In this document: piece after piece, positions 12,198-25,400 of the stretch
Layout: the number at the start of each line of letters is the position of its first letter
How positions within the stretch are numbered: the first letter of the stretch is position 1
DNA from: Minutocellus sp. GHC0000111
Taxonomy: Eukaryota
DNA: 64,000 nucleotides
Assembly (NCBI GenBank): GCA_977018835.1
Contig: OZ361260.1
Span: 1,116,001-1,180,000 of the forward strand
Reading direction: 5' to 3'
The notes under the pieces: model-generated
Told to the model about the DNA's origin: nothing
Databases searched by the model: none
The model's input: only the letters and a program-made list of their open reading frames with translations
Translations under genes and position numbers: made by a program

Positions 12198-12359
12198 AGA
12201 GAGAATCCATGGCCGGGAATGGTAATGGGTAATCTCCCGACGGCGTTGTCCATTATGGTAGTACTAACAAACTATTACCGATAGACCACCTATTTTTTCT
12301 CAGTCTATAGTGCCGCACACTTAATTTTTTGAAGAATCACTCGCCTTGCAACTCTTTCG

Positions 12360-12636
12360 TCACCATGGTTCGCAGTTGTGCCCAGAAATTCTCAACCACT
12401 GAACATACGCGTCTCTGTCTTGGTTCTTCATCTCAGCGCGTGCCTTGTCTCGAGCCTTCAGGGATTCAGCTAGACCACAATGGCTGATATGTCCCTACCG
12501 GAACAAGGCCACAAGGTTCTTTGCGGATTTGCCATGCCCTAACGCCGCGGCTACTTACCAGTGGTAAATTGCCGCATCGTAATCCTCTTTCTCGGATTCA
12601 TAAGCACCGAGGTTGGAAATGGAATTGCATTCCCCC
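12360..12636 (-). pseudogene. Decayed C-terminal fragment of a RING-Sel1 family gene with two in-frame stops
   Basis: Manual minus-strand translation: CNSISNLGAYESEKEDYDAAIYHW*VAAALGHGKSAKNLVALFR*GHISHCGLAESLKARDKARAEMKNQDRDAYVQWLR, matching 16754-17251 (AAIRHWRIASEAG...GNICHLDIADTLQARDYAFNEAKSEQRDRY). Absent from the ORF track. Confidence 0.75.
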
Positions 12637-13145
12637 CGATACCACTATTAGGAGATAACGCGGTTTTACGAACGACTTGGGTGCATACTAGTAGAACTCA
12701 CAGAGTTCAAGGCAATGTCAAAAATATCGGTAAGGCTGAAGGATACAACAAGATGAGAAGAAGGCGAGGAATGGGATTGGGTGCCAATCCTGGGTATCGG
12801 GTAACTCAATCTAGCACATACCAGGCTAGTTCAACTCATCACAAGGAAGATACCATAACAAAAAATGTTAGCGGTCATCACGGAGAAGCTTCGACCCGAG
12901 GAGTGAAACGCCTTGAAAGTGAACAGCAATACATGTGTGAGATTATGGGCGCAAGGGACCTGGAAAGTGCCGTGTTCGGGGGTTGCGACTTAATCATATC
13001 TGCCAATGTAGAAAAGCTGCAAAAGATTTCATTGTCAGGACAAATATAGCTATGGGTGTGCCACTTTGATCTATCTACACCTTGGCTTGAGGTAATTTCC
13101 TACGGCACACTCTCGGCATCTAACAAATCAATCGACCAATGCCAA

Positions 13146-14837
13146 TCAATCAATGCCTACCCTGCTTTTCTCCCCCAAAAGAAAACGGGCAATTTCCTTG
13201 GCACTAGGCCTCTCCCTCCAATCATGAACCCAGCACATATTCATGGCAGTCCGAATAGCCACATCGATGGGATCGGTGCTCTCCAAGAGCTCCGCCGACA
13301 ATGCATCTCGATCTCCCCTCACGATGTGTTTGCTGACGGCATCGGTACTTTTTTCCTTGTACAAATCCTCGTAGGGCCATTTATCCATCAACAATGAAAA
13401 TAATATATTTCCGACACTATAGACGTCAATCTTTTCCGTCTGAGCCTGGTAGCTATACTCTTCTGGACTACGGAATTGGTAGCCGTTACTGTGCTGGTAA
13501 TGATATGGGCAGCTGTTAGTGTTGCTGGTAGTGTTCCAAAATAGGAATTGGGCTCTGTTAAAGTCAGCCAACACAAATCCGCTCTTCGTCCTGACGAATT
13601 GACTGTGCCAAATATCCGAGTGCGCAATAGCGGGTACCTTCTGATTGAAATTGTGCAAATCCGAAACCGCCTGAGTGATCTCCAATGCCGTCTGAAAGCG
13701 CTCCTTCTTGGTAAAGATGTTCCCGTCGGACAAAGCATCGCCCAAGTCAGCACCGGGAGCAAACTCAACGGCGATGCTCATTCCACAATATCCAAATATG
13801 TTCATAACGCGCGGTGCTGCGGTGAGACGTTCGTGCACGATGGCATCCACATTGTGCCGGTGATAGTTTCTCGCATCGTAGTCCAGTTTGCTGCTGTCCC
13901 TCAGGCGCAGTGTCTTGACGGCCAATTGTTCTGGCCCGGCGCCGGTGGTTTCATTGACGGCCCAAACGTCCCGAAAGAAGCCGTTGGCCACGAAGGCAGC
14001 TCGGTCCAGGTCCATTACATGGAGGGCATTGCAATTGGGATAGCTTGCCGTCTGCCACTCGTGCATCGGGACGCACTCGGGGTAATTCGCGTACGGGTCT
14101 TCTGCCATGTGGTCGTCGTTATCGTAGTATGCCTCATCCTTGAGATAGTCCTGCCGACGTTGCTGTCCTCTGGTCCAGGGGGCGCGTTGCTTGGCAGGTG
14201 CCTTCTTGGGAACTTTCAAATGTTTCCTGGCGTGGCTTTTGGCGGACGTACACGAGACCACACGGGGGGGAAAGGCCGCTGGCACCACTACCTGACCCTG
14301 ACGCCTGGACACGGACTTTGTGGCATCTACACGGACACCGGCACCGACGACAACATTTCCGTCCTCATCGCTGCTCCCCAGTGTATCCCTTGGCGATCCC
14401 CTGCCCGATTTGCGAGGGTGCGCGAGCGAGTCACGACGGTCTCTCGATTTCAATATCTTGGAGAACGCCCCGTCGATATACGTTGCCTCATTGGGTCGAT
14501 ATGGCTCGCGCTTGTGCCTTTTGTTGTCGCTGTCACCGTGGCTGTCACCGTCGAAGTCGCTGTCGCTGTTGTGTGGTTGATGCGACTGTTGCGTCCCACC
14601 GTGTTGGCGGTACATGTAGTGCATGTCAATGTGTGAGGCGACCCAACGAAATCCACCAGCAGCGATGGACACCAGCAAGGTGGCGGCGGCACAGCACACG
14701 ACCGTAAACCTCCTACTAGTCGTAGTAGATCGGTGTCGTCGATGCACTTGGAATGTGTGCATGGACCTCCGAGATGCTGCTGCTGCATAATAGCATGGAA
14801 AGGTACGAGGCGCAGGCGGCCTTCGCGGCGCTGCCAT
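13146..14837 (-). CDS. Protein kinase-like protein with N-terminal transmembrane anchor (probable type II, secretory-pathway kinase)
   Basis: Gly loop ANGFFRDVW, AVK lysine, catalytic loop HSDIWHSQF, DFN in place of DFG, RSPEEY, DVYSVG, CW...RP. TM segment FTVVCCAAATLLVSIAAGGF near the N-terminus. Confidence 0.85.
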   Translation of the reverse strand: MAAPRRPPAPRTFPCYYAAAASRRSMHTFQVHRRHRSTTTSRRFTVVCCAAATLLVSIAAGGFRWVASHIDMHYMYRQHGGTQQSHQPHNSDSDFDGDSHGDSDNKRHKREPYRPNEATYIDGAFSKILKSRDRRDSLAHPRKSGRGSPRDTLGSSDEDGNVVVGAGVRVDATKSVSRRQGQVVVPAAFPPRVVSCTSAKSHARKHLKVPKKAPAKQRAPWTRGQQRRQDYLKDEAYYDNDDHMAEDPYANYPECVPMHEWQTASYPNCNALHVMDLDRAAFVANGFFRDVWAVNETTGAGPEQLAVKTLRLRDSSKLDYDARNYHRHNVDAIVHERLTAAPRVMNIFGYCGMSIAVEFAPGADLGDALSDGNIFTKKERFQTALEITQAVSDLHNFNQKVPAIAHSDIWHSQFVRTKSGFVLADFNRAQFLFWNTTSNTNSCPYHYQHSNGYQFRSPEEYSYQAQTEKIDVYSVGNILFSLLMDKWPYEDLYKEKSTDAVSKHIVRGDRDALSAELLESTDPIDVAIRTAMNMCWVHDWRERPSAKEIARFLLGEKSRVGID

Positions 14838-15521
14838 AATCGTTGTGTTGTGCTCACTTACTGCTTGACGAAATAAATGGAATTGCTGTGTGCAGTCATG
14901 TGTTTTATTTGAAGCACTGCTCGAAATGCTTCTGACCTGACTCTTGCTACATGTATCAATCTTGCTCTGGCCGAGAGAGTCGAGAGCAGTCGAGTCGTCG
15001 AGTCTGGCTGTGGCGAGCGAGTTCGCTCTCGAGCGGGGGACGAGGCAGAGGCGAGGCCGAGACCAAAATCGAGAAGTCAGTGCAGAGCAGGGTGCGCGCC
15101 CAAGCCTACTGTACTAGTACTACGTACGTAGCTACTAGCTAGTACGTACCTAACCTGACTTGGCTGCTTTCTCGCCAGTGTCTCCGGGTTTCTTTCGAAT
15201 GGAAAAATGATAAAATGCAGCCCAATGTCGCCACGCACAACACAACAGCCCCCCCCCCGCCACAACAGCCCGCAGTCGCTCATCTCAAAGAACAGAAATG
15301 CAATTTCAGTGCGCAGCAGCTGCTGCGATGAGGTGGCCGCTGCTTTGATCACCCATTCGCCATTGTTATTGCCATTGCCATTGCCATTGCATTGTGGTGC
15401 TGCCCACCTTCAAGTCAAGTACAACCGGTGCTAAGAGTACGCGGATCAAGGAAGGACAAAATCCTCATGTCTCATTGTCATCTATCTACGCGAGCTCATC
15501 AGCCAGGCACGCACAAAGACC

Positions 15522-16730
15522 ATGGCCAAGGCAACGATCATGTGCGCCAAAGCGCGCACCGCCGCAGCAGCCGCAGCCAAAGCCGCAAGGAGCAGCAGGC
15601 AAGTCCTTCCTCTCCTGAATCATCATTGCTTCCTGCTGCCCCTGCTACTGGCGGCGGCATCGTCGTTTGTCCCCGTCGCCGAGGCATCTCACGAAGCCGC
15701 TACTCGTACTCCCGGCGGCGGCATCGGAAACAGCGGCGCAGCGGTGGTGCCGAACTGGCAGCCTCCGACGACGGTGGAAGTGTCGTCGACGGCCGGCGCA
15801 GGCGCAGATGGCGCGCAGAAGAACGACACCTGCTACAACCGGCAGAACTGCGAGGCGTGCTACAAGGACGAGTGCTTCGCGCTGGCCGACGCGGCGTACG
15901 AGGAGTGCATGTTGGACGCGGCCGTGGTGGCATCTTCGGCGACTGCTGCTGGTATCCAGAACAACAAAATCACTGGGAATGCCACGGATACTACCGGTAG
16001 TGTTGACACAGCATCTGAATCTTCAATTGCAGTTGCCGCTGTTGGTGACGATGCTGCCATCGTCGAAAACGCCAACACAACTGCAACGAACAATACCCTC
16101 TGGTCATCGCCGTCACCAACGATGTTTCCAACATCATTCTACCAAAACGAAACCCAGCAGCACGAGCACTGCACCGCCATCGGCGCGGAGGCCTACCAAA
16201 TCTGCGGCCACGCCTGCCACTACTGCAACGCCACCCTCAAGGCCTGCACCACGTCCGACCTGCTCTCCACCATCGACCTGCGGACCGAGACCAACCAATG
16301 GGCCAACGGGGAGAGTCCCCCTCCCTACGTGGCCTTCGCCGTCGGGGGTGGCTTCGCCCTATTGGCCGCCGTTCATTGGTTCGTGAGATTCCATCGCAGT
16401 TTGAATCGGCTTGACCCACGTCACCGTCGACGCAAGGGGGTGCTGTTCCGTGCCGCGTTGGTGACTTTGGGAGATGACGACGAACCCCTCTTCACCATCC
16501 TGAGGGGGATAACCCACTTCCGAGTTCTCGAGCGGCCGCCAGAGGAAATATTTTACTTGATTTGGCCAATATTGATGAGCCAGCTGGAAACACGAACGAG
16601 TCACCAGTGGTTCAAGACTAAATGCTGCTGCAGGGGCTCAAGAGAGAGGCGTTTGATTTATCCGATTGAGTATATTTACATTATTATAAAGATTTTGTTT
16701 AAATGTGTGTATATTATTATTGCTGGATAA
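15522..16730 (+). CDS. Single-pass membrane protein with Cys-rich, N-glycosylation-site-rich ectodomain; 3' end uncertain
   Basis: Signal-like FLLPLLLAAASSF, Cys clusters (CYNRQNCEACYKDEC; CGHACHYCNATLKAC), TM YVAFAVGGGFALLAAVHWFV. The last ~25 codons run into AT-rich non-coding-like sequence. Confidence 0.7.
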   Translation: MAKATIMCAKARTAAAAAAKAARSSRQVLPLLNHHCFLLPLLLAAASSFVPVAEASHEAATRTPGGGIGNSGAAVVPNWQPPTTVEVSSTAGAGADGAQKNDTCYNRQNCEACYKDECFALADAAYEECMLDAAVVASSATAAGIQNNKITGNATDTTGSVDTASESSIAVAAVGDDAAIVENANTTATNNTLWSSPSPTMFPTSFYQNETQQHEHCTAIGAEAYQICGHACHYCNATLKACTTSDLLSTIDLRTETNQWANGESPPPYVAFAVGGGFALLAAVHWFVRFHRSLNRLDPRHRRRKGVLFRAALVTLGDDDEPLFTILRGITHFRVLERPPEEIFYLIWPILMSQLETRTSHQWFKTKCCCRGSRERRLIYPIEYIYIIIKILFKCVYIIIAG

Positions 16731-16753
16731 AAGAACTTGAACCTTTCGTAACT

Positions 16754-18836
16754 TCATTCTATGTTGCAATGTATTGTGATTACAATTTGTAGCTTGAATG
16801 ACAAATAAATCGATTTCCAGTTGAATCCCGCAATGCAAGTAAGAGAGATGTATCTATCGCGCTGCTCACTTTTCGCTTCGTTGAATGCATAATCCCTTGC
16901 TTGAAGAGTATCAGCAATATCTAAATGGCAGATGTTGCCTTTGCTGAACTCTGTGATCAGAGAAATTATCGACAGTCTGAACCCAGCTTCCGAGGCAATA
17001 CGCCAATGTCTAATGGCAGCTTGAATGTTTTTGTTGTGCTCCATGACGCCAAGATAATGTCGACTTTCGGCATCACCGCCCTTCGCAGCTAATTTCCAAT
17101 ATCTTACTGCTCTTGCCTTGTCCATTTCGAGGCCACATTTGCCTTCGTAGTACATTCGAGCAAGCTTGCAACATGCCTCGATGGAACCGAAGCTAGCTGC
17201 TTTGATGATATAATCAACACCAACTGTTTCGTCTACGCTAGGTAACACCATCTACTCCACGCAGATGTTTGTGTCCAAGTGAAGCAAACGCGCATGGATC
17301 ATTGACTTCGGTTCGCTTTATCAGTCGAGCCAAATTCTCTTCATCGGTCCTAGGAGCTTCTGCTCTACAAAACGGACAAACCTTCCGAGAGATACAGACG
17401 AGAGTTCCCATACCTTTCCTGTTCAATCGATTTGTAACGTGTTTACCAATAACCTAATAAATGGGCGACTTTGAGCACCCATCTCAATCGCAACACACGT
17501 GAATTGTTAGCGTCAATTGCTTCCTGTGGGACTATAGTTTATCGGCAACTTGCAGAGATTTGCGGCGGCGGACTAAACCGTATCTACTTTGCACTCTCTC
17601 CTAGCTAGGGTTTGAATCGCCGCCAGAAATATTGGGTTGTTCGCTCAAAACTATAATCCCACGCTGACACGCCAAACGACGACGAATTTGGGCCAGCACC
17701 AAGCACCTTTGACGATGCCCGTCAAGAAGAAGGACGGGAGGAAGCGCAAAGGTCCCGCGCCGGCCACGAAAGCGCGACGAAAAGCAGCAAAAGGGAACCG
17801 TGGCCCTCGGAGCCCCGAAAAGGAGACCCCGAAGAAGCGCAAGGCACGTTCCAACTCCTCATCTCCCCGCCCATCACCGTCGGTGGCACCGACGCGCACC
17901 CCCATCAACCGCCAGGCGAAGAAAGCAGGTGCCTCCCCTTCCTCCGCCAAGGCCAAGGAAGACACGTTGGTCTTTTCTCTTGCATTTAAGCTTGCTGCCG
18001 CCATGTTATCTGGCTGCCCTCATGGAATATGGTGGAGGATAACACCAGACCCTCTGAAGCGTGATGACACATCTGTCGGGTCGCGTCAATGCTGGGACGA
18101 CATCCTGCCAACATTTATCGATGCGGGGCTATTCGGTACTCGTCAAGTAGACAAACTTGGCATCGAACATCGAATCGAACCTCGAAAGAAGCAATTTGAC
18201 ATCTTGGCAACCTACCTGGAAGGATTAAACGATTTGAAGCTGCAATGGACCTGTGTCGAACCACGACGTGGCAGGAAGTCATGGCATGTTGTTCTCTCTG
18301 ATGTCGACAGCAAGCAAAAGCATCGGTATTCCAACCCGATCGTACAGCAGGAAATGATGAAAGATGCAGAATCATTGGTTCCATCAGTTGATAGCCGTTT
18401 GCTTCGAAGTCGAAAAGCGAATGACAAGGATCTGAAAGAGGAGCTGGACAAGCTTCGAAAAGAGGTCGCTGTGATCATGAACGTCGCTGCAACGGTCTTC
18501 CGTTTTGGCACACATGCCAGAGGCCTGATCTTGGAGTACCATTTTGATCAGCTTGCAATCTTCTTTATGGAATTTCCGATGCTCCTTTTGGCAGATAACA
18601 TTGCAGTAATAGACACATTTGCACGCCGTGCATTTCTTGAGAGTCTTACTAGGGGTGCCCGATTTGCCACAAGAGGAGCAGAACTTATTTTCAGCGATTT
18701 TGGCGTTACATTTGCCTAAACCTGATTTCGCGTCATGAATTATGTCATCGTCAGAAGCAGTCGGAGGGCCGACAGGCTTCAGAAGAATGGGCCGATTGGC
18801 GACGGACTTCAGAACCTTTCCCTCCTTTGATTCCAT
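16754..18836 (-). pseudogene. MYND-RING-Sel1 repeat gene disrupted by a ~1-kb insertion and a frameshift
   Basis: MYND finger CSSC...CTAC...YC...CQKEHRKFHKEDC at about 18550-18680. RING C-terminal half KVCPFCRAEAP near 17360-17385. Sel1 repeats 16850-17240 with a 1-nt frameshift near 17241. The N-terminal RING half is replaced by foreign sequence at about 17450-18500. Confidence 0.8.
17450..18500 (+). mobile_element. Insertion carrying the 5' part of a basic NLS-rich ORF (ATG 17715), probable truncated transposon
   Basis: Interrupts the MYND-RING-Sel1 gene in opposite orientation; ORF MPVKKKDGRKRKG... reads through into antisense MYND sequence. No TIR pair or catalytic motif seen; boundaries approximate. 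Confidence 0.45.
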
Positions 18837-19483
18837 GCCACCGAAGATGCCTTCGCCTCAAGCGAGGAGGCAGGATTCAAGATTCGATTCTGTGGCGGAT
18901 GCGTCTTCGTCCGAGCGCGCCATGGCGCAGTGGTTTGGCGCATCTCCGGGTTCTCTTCTCACAAACCACCCGGAGAAATTACACGACCAACAGATTTCTT
19001 GACGTCGGCAAGCGCTGGGCTTCGAACGTCATCACCCGCTGCGCTCTCCTCTTGACCTCCCTCTTTACCGCCACGGCTACCGCATTGGTCCCGAGCCATC
19101 GTAGCAGCGTGAGCGTCTACGAGTAGAGCAAAGCCTTCAAAGGTTGATTTTGTGTGAAGGTGAGGTATTGGAGAGAATGGAGGCTGCCCCGTTCTCATGT
19201 CTGCCGATCAGCGCATGTCATGACATGGCCGCTCCACAAACTTTTGGCGCGCCAAGTTGAAGCCCAGCAACCATGACACTCGACGGTGGGAAGAGTCGAA
19301 ATAGGCATTGATGGAGAGGGGCAAGCATGGAAACTTGAGCACGCGGTATACCCTTCTTGCTGCAATATTATCTCTTCACTTCTAATTTATTCTTCTTCTC
19401 GTGCCTAAACTTTCACATCGCACGTCTCGCATGTTCACAACCACAAAAGTAGGAGGAAGCTCGCACACGCATACAAAATAATA

Positions 19484-22400
19484 ATGGCGGAGGTCGACTT
19501 TCATTCTCCCGAAGAGGAGAAGAAGACCGAGGCCTATTCGCCCAGCCGCAGCATATCCTCCAATTTCCACCGACGTTTCGATTCTGTCCAGGAGTACGTC
19601 AGCATCCTTGGCGGTAGCAAGGGGCGTGTCATCGAAAAGGTCCTCATTGCCAACAATGGCGTTGCCGCCGTCAAGGCCATCCGGTCCATCCGCAAGTGGG
19701 CGTACGATGTGTTTGGAGATGAGCGTGCCATTCAGTTTGTGGTTATGGCTACTCCCGAAGATTTGCGGTGAGTTTTTATTGTTATTGTGATCGTGTGCAT
19801 GATATGTGTTCATTCGTTTATCCATTTTTGCACATGATATGCTCGAAATGGAAGGATGAGATATGCTCGAATTTTATTCCTCACCTCATCCTTTTGTCTG
19901 TTCTTTAAACGTGGGAACAAATCGTTGCAATTCGATTTGCAGCGCCAATGCCGAGTACATTCGCATGGGCGATGTCATCGTCGACGTGCCGGGTGGTTCG
20001 AACAACCACAACTATGCCAACGTAACGCTCATCGTCGAGCTCGCTCGGCTTCACGGTGTTCACGCCGTGTGGGCCGGTTGGGGTCATGCCAGTGAGAATC
20101 CCACCCTTCCCGACACGCTGGCGCAGTCCAACCCGCTGATCAAATTCATTGGCCCGGCTGGTCCGCCCATGCGTGCCCTTGGTGATAAGATTGGAAGTAC
20201 CATCATTGCTCAGACGGCTGGCGTACCCTGCATCGCGTGGAATGGTGAGGACGTCCGTGCCGAGTACGACAGGGAGACCGGATGTCTTCCCGATGCTTCG
20301 TATCAGGCGGCGACCATTACCAGTGCCACCGAGGCGTTGGAGGCTGCCACCAAGATTGGTTTTCCCATCATGATCAAGGCATCGGAGGGTGGTGGTGGAA
20401 AGGGCATCCGTATGGTTGACAATGCCGAGAATGTGCAGACTGCCTACCGACAGGTTTGTGGCGAGGTTCCGGGCAGTCCTATCTTCATTATGAAGCTGTC
20501 GTCCCGATCGAGGCACTTGGAAGTCCAGCTACTTGCCGATGAGTATGGCGATGCCGTTGCCCTGAATGGTCGTGATTGCTCCGTCCAGCGTCGTCATCAA
20601 AAGGTGAGAATAGTAGTGTGTGGCGTGCATATTTTGTCTTTTATGTGAAGAGGCACGAGCTACCCTATGAGCACACATCTCACACTGTGTCATTTCACTG
20701 TTCGTTCATCATCGCAGATCATCGAGGAAGGCCCGCCTGTTGCGGCATCTCCAGATGTTTGGGACGCCATGGAGAAGGCTGCCGTGGCTCTTGCCAAGGC
20801 CGTCGGATATGCCAACGCTGGTACCGTGGAGTACTTGTACTCTGAGCCCGACCAAAAGTTCTACTTTTTGGAGTTGAATCCTCGTCTACAGGTAGAGCAC
20901 CCTGTCACCGAGATGATCACCCGTGTGAATCTTCCCGCTGCTCAGCTTCAGGTTGCCATGGGCATCCCTTTGCATCACATTCCCGATATCCGTGAGCTTT
21001 ACGGAGAGAATCGTTTCGAGGGTGCAGAGGCCAAGATTGATTTTGCCGAAGTTAACCCCTTTGGACATTGCATTGCCGTCCGTATCACAGCTGAGAATGC
21101 CGAGGCTGGTTTCAAGCCGACCAGTGGTGGAATTCAGGAGCTTAACTTCCGATCGACGCCTAATGTTTGGGGCTACTTCAGTATGGACAGTTCGGGGTCG
21201 ATCCACGAGTTTGCCGATTCGCAGTTTGGGCACTTGTTCGCCAACGGCACAGATCGTGAACAGGCACGAAGGAACATGGTTCTCGCGCTCAAGGAGCTTT
21301 CCATTCGCGGAGATATCAGTACGACCATCGATTACATCTCCAATTTGATCGAACTTGACGATTTCATTGAGAATCGAATCGACACCGGCTGGCTCGATGC
21401 CCTCATCAAAGAAAATGCCGATGGTGGAGGCCTCGAATCGGTCGAAGATATCTTCCGACGCAGATCGAGTGTCAAGACAAAGAAGCTGAATAACGACACA
21501 TACGCTGTGATTGGCGCAATTATGCTGGCCTACGACAACTGCTCCTCGAATGAGAAACAATTCGTCGATGCTCTGCAAAAGGGACAACTCCCGTCTCAAT
21601 CTCTTCTCAGCGTCGTCCAGGATGTGGAATTGATTCTCGCCGGGACCAAATATAAGCTCAAGTGCACTAGAACAGGGCCAAATACCTTTGAAATCTCCGT
21701 CGCTGGCGCTGACGATGCCTGTGTGGAGGCTAACGTCCGAATGTTGAGCGATGGAGGAAATCTGATCGACATCGGTGGAAAGAGTCATGTCGCCTACTTG
21801 ACGAGCAAGGGCGACGCTGCCAGTGGCATGCGAATCAGCATCGACGGCGCGACAGTTGCCTTCTCTCCCGACTATGATCCCACTTCGCTAAGAACGGACG
21901 TTGCCGGAAAACTCGTGAAGAAGCTTCTTCCCGACGGTGCGCATGCAAAGAAGGGCGAACCATATGGAGAGATCGAGGTCATGAAGATGTTCATGCCTCT
22001 CAAGGTAGAAGAGTCCGGCGTTCTTACCTGGAATGTCAACGAAGGCGCTGCCTTGGCACCGGGTGATCTCCTCGCAACTCTTGAGCTAGACAACCCCGAA
22101 AATGTGTCCACCGCAACTGTCTTTGAGGGCAACCTTGCTGTGCATGGGTGGAGAAGCGTTACGACGGGACCTTCTGCCGATAACAGTCCGAAGCGATCGC
22201 ACCTCCTCCTGCGCAAGGCCCTTGAGAGCCTCAACGGAGGCATGGCAGGATATCTCTTGAGCAAAGATGCGCTCAAGCAAGCCATGGACGCCTTACAGGC
22301 TGCTGCGACGGACTCGTCGCTGCCAGTTTATGAAATCGATGAGCAGCTATCGGTTCTCAGTGGCCGTATTGATGCCAAGTTGTTTGATGAGCTAACAAAT

Positions 22401-25400
22401 CTCATTTCAGAGTTCAAGAATCTTTCGTCTGGAAGCCAAGCGCGGTGAGTTATTTGTATATTTTGTTTCTGCGACCATTGCTACATCTCCCTGTGGTAAC
22501 TAATATTTTCCCCGTCCTCCTATTATATTGACTGCAGATTTCCTGCCGAGAAGGTCGTCGCAATGCTTTCTGACCAGGCCGATGCGATCCAAGATGCCTC
22601 CGAGCGCGCCGCCTTCGTCGCTCTTACAACTCCACTGACGGAAGCCGCCATGCCATACACAAAGAGCAAGGCTGCCGGTGTTCCGGGCGCCGAGCGCGTC
22701 CTTCTCGCTTACCTTGACATCCTGAGAAATTGGGTAGCTTATGAGAGGTGGTTCTGCGATGGCATTTCCTATGCCGATGCTATGGATAACCTTCGAAAGG
22801 CCAATCAGGATGGATTTCATGTGGTCCTAGGCGTCTGCCGTGCACACGCCCAGCTTGAGTCCACCTCGAGGATCATCGTTGCGATTATTGATGCCATTGG
22901 AGATGGAATGAAGGTCGACACGGCTACCAGCGCCTCTTCTCCTGTCGGAAAGCGATTGTCTGTTGTAGCTGGCTCTGGTAGCTTGAGCGAGGCCCTTCCG
23001 TGTCTCTCCGATATTGGCTCAATGGGTGGAAATGCCCATTATGTTTCAGTTGCTCTCAAGGCTCGCAAACTGCTGCTCCAGGAGAGTTTGCCCAGTATCG
23101 AGCAGAGGAAGACCCGAGCATTCGCCCTAGCAACAGTTCTCAACGAAGCTCTGGAGAATGGATCTGGCGATATCAAGAATGTCCAGGAGTTTATCGATGA
23201 GAACGTGCCGATAGCTGACATCCTTTTCCCCATGCTTGAGAAGTCGTCCAAAGAGAGCGAGGAGATGGCCCTGCTTGAGATCTACGCAAGAAAATTGTAC
23301 AGAACGCATGTCCTCAAGGACTTTGAGCGAAAGGGCGATGGCGAGCGGACGCTCAAGTTCTCCTTCATGTCCAAGCCCAGCGAACGCGTTTTCAGTGCAA
23401 GCACCCCCGTCACCAGCATGACGGATCTCACACGCATTATGAGCCGTCCTGGTTCAATGAATGCTCTGGCCGACATGGCAAAGACTGACTCCGAGCGAAA
23501 CTTGCCGAATGTCCAGCGCGGCGATGACGGTGCTCCTCCTCTAACTCAGCGAACTGGGGTTGTCAAGATCTACTCCAAGCTTGCCGACATCGCCGACGAG
23601 TCTTCCTTTGATAAGCTCTTGACGAGTTTCCCACAGTACACCGACACTGCCCCCAGATGCGCCACTGGAGCGATCAATGTGCTCTACCTTGTCGTTATGG
23701 AGAGTTCTGCTGCGGCCGAGGAAGATGTGTCGGCAAAGTGTGAGGAACTCCTCCAGCCCCACCGCTACGCTCTGGAAAAGGCCGATGTCCGAAGAGTCTC
23801 GTTTGTTTTTGCCGGCCAAGCAGATGCCGAGGCCAACGAATATCCCATGCCAGCTCTCTACACGTACCGATCCCAGCTCGAATTCAAGGAAGACTCCCTC
23901 TTCCGTAACATCGAGCCGAGTCTCGCGTATCATCTCGACCTTACTCGTCTAGCCAAGAATTTCAGCGTTCGCAGTCTCGGCTCTCGCCAAACGTCGACTG
24001 GCCATGTACATCTGTATGTTGCAACGCCAAGGCCACAGGCACTAGAGAAGGAGAAGAAGGCCAACAAGGCACCCCGCATCTTTGCCCGAGCGCTGAGTTT
24101 TGTTCTTGACTTTTCTTCTGCCAGCTTCGAGCGAATGCTTGTCGATGCTCTGAATGCCCTCGACGTCAATGTCCCGGCTGGCGGCCCCGGCTCCGATAAC
24201 CATCTATTTATCAACCTCGTCAGTGACTACGAGCGCGTTGTCTTGGACCCTGTCGTTGTAGAGCAGGTTATTGTGTCGATCCTCAAGCGCCACAGTGAGC
24301 GAGTCTCTCGTCTTGGCATTGCCGAGGTCGAGACTAGGCTGGTTTGCTGTTTGAGTGACGATTCGCCGCCAATCTCTCTTCGAATGGTCGCTAGTAACCC
24401 CACCGGCTACGTCCATGTGATGAACACCTACGTCGAGGCCGCTGATGAGAGTGGAAGCGACGCCGTTTTCCGACTCATTGGCGGTACCAAGGCGAGCCTT
24501 GCCTGCAGTGGTGACAGCTCCTGGGAGGGCATGAAGGTGTCCTCCCCATACCCTCTCATCCGCCCATTCGACGCACAAAGAAAGGCGGCCCTGCGATCAT
24601 CGGATACCTTGTATTGCTACGATCTTCCCGCATTGTTTGAAGCTGCTGTGGAGAAGCAATGGGCAGATGCTTCTGAAAAGGGCGGCATTGAGGGCAACAT
24701 TCGCGCTGCATCACGACCTCTCATGGTGATGTACACCACGGAGCTCGTCGTTCAGAGAAAGAATGGTGACGGACCGTGGACAATGCAAGATTATCTTAAC
24801 GGTGACCTCGAGTTGGCTCAGATCCAGCGAGGTGCCGGTGCCAACGATGTCGGAATGGTCGCATGGCTGATGGAACTAAAGACGGTCGAGTACCCCCAAG
24901 GCAGACAAGTTGTGCTCATCGCCAACGATATCACCCACAAGGCCGGCAGCTTCGGTACTCGAGAAGATGTGGTCTTCAAGCTTGCCTCTGAATTCGCTCG
25001 TGAGCGAAGAATCCCTCGATTGTATGTGGCTGCCAATTCCGGTGCACGCATCGGACTTGCCGATGGCATCAAGAAGGTTTACAAGGTCGCTTTCAAAGAT
25101 CAGACCAAGCCAGAGAACGGCTTCGATTATCTGTACGTTACCAAGGAGGACTACGAACGTCTCTCCATCAAGCATGAGCTCGATGCCGTGCCCATGACCC
25201 TCGATGGACAAGAGGTATTCAAGATCACCGACATTATTGGATCCGAGCCTGACCTTGGTGTTGAGAACCTCAAGGGATCTGGCCTCATCGCCGGAGAAAC
25301 CAGCTCCGCCTACAATGATATCTTTACAATGACAGTTGTCCTCGGCCGAACGGTTGGTATTGGTGCGTACCTTGTGCGATTGGGCCAAAGAACAATCCAA

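Noticed and set aside
12561..13049. 162-aa plus-strand ORF
   Set aside because: Starts at GTG, overlaps the antisense Sel1 pseudogene, and has no motifs.
19484..19767. Plastid-targeted ACCase
   Set aside because: N-terminus is hydrophilic with no signal peptide or ASAF-type motif, so the cytosolic isoform is more likely.
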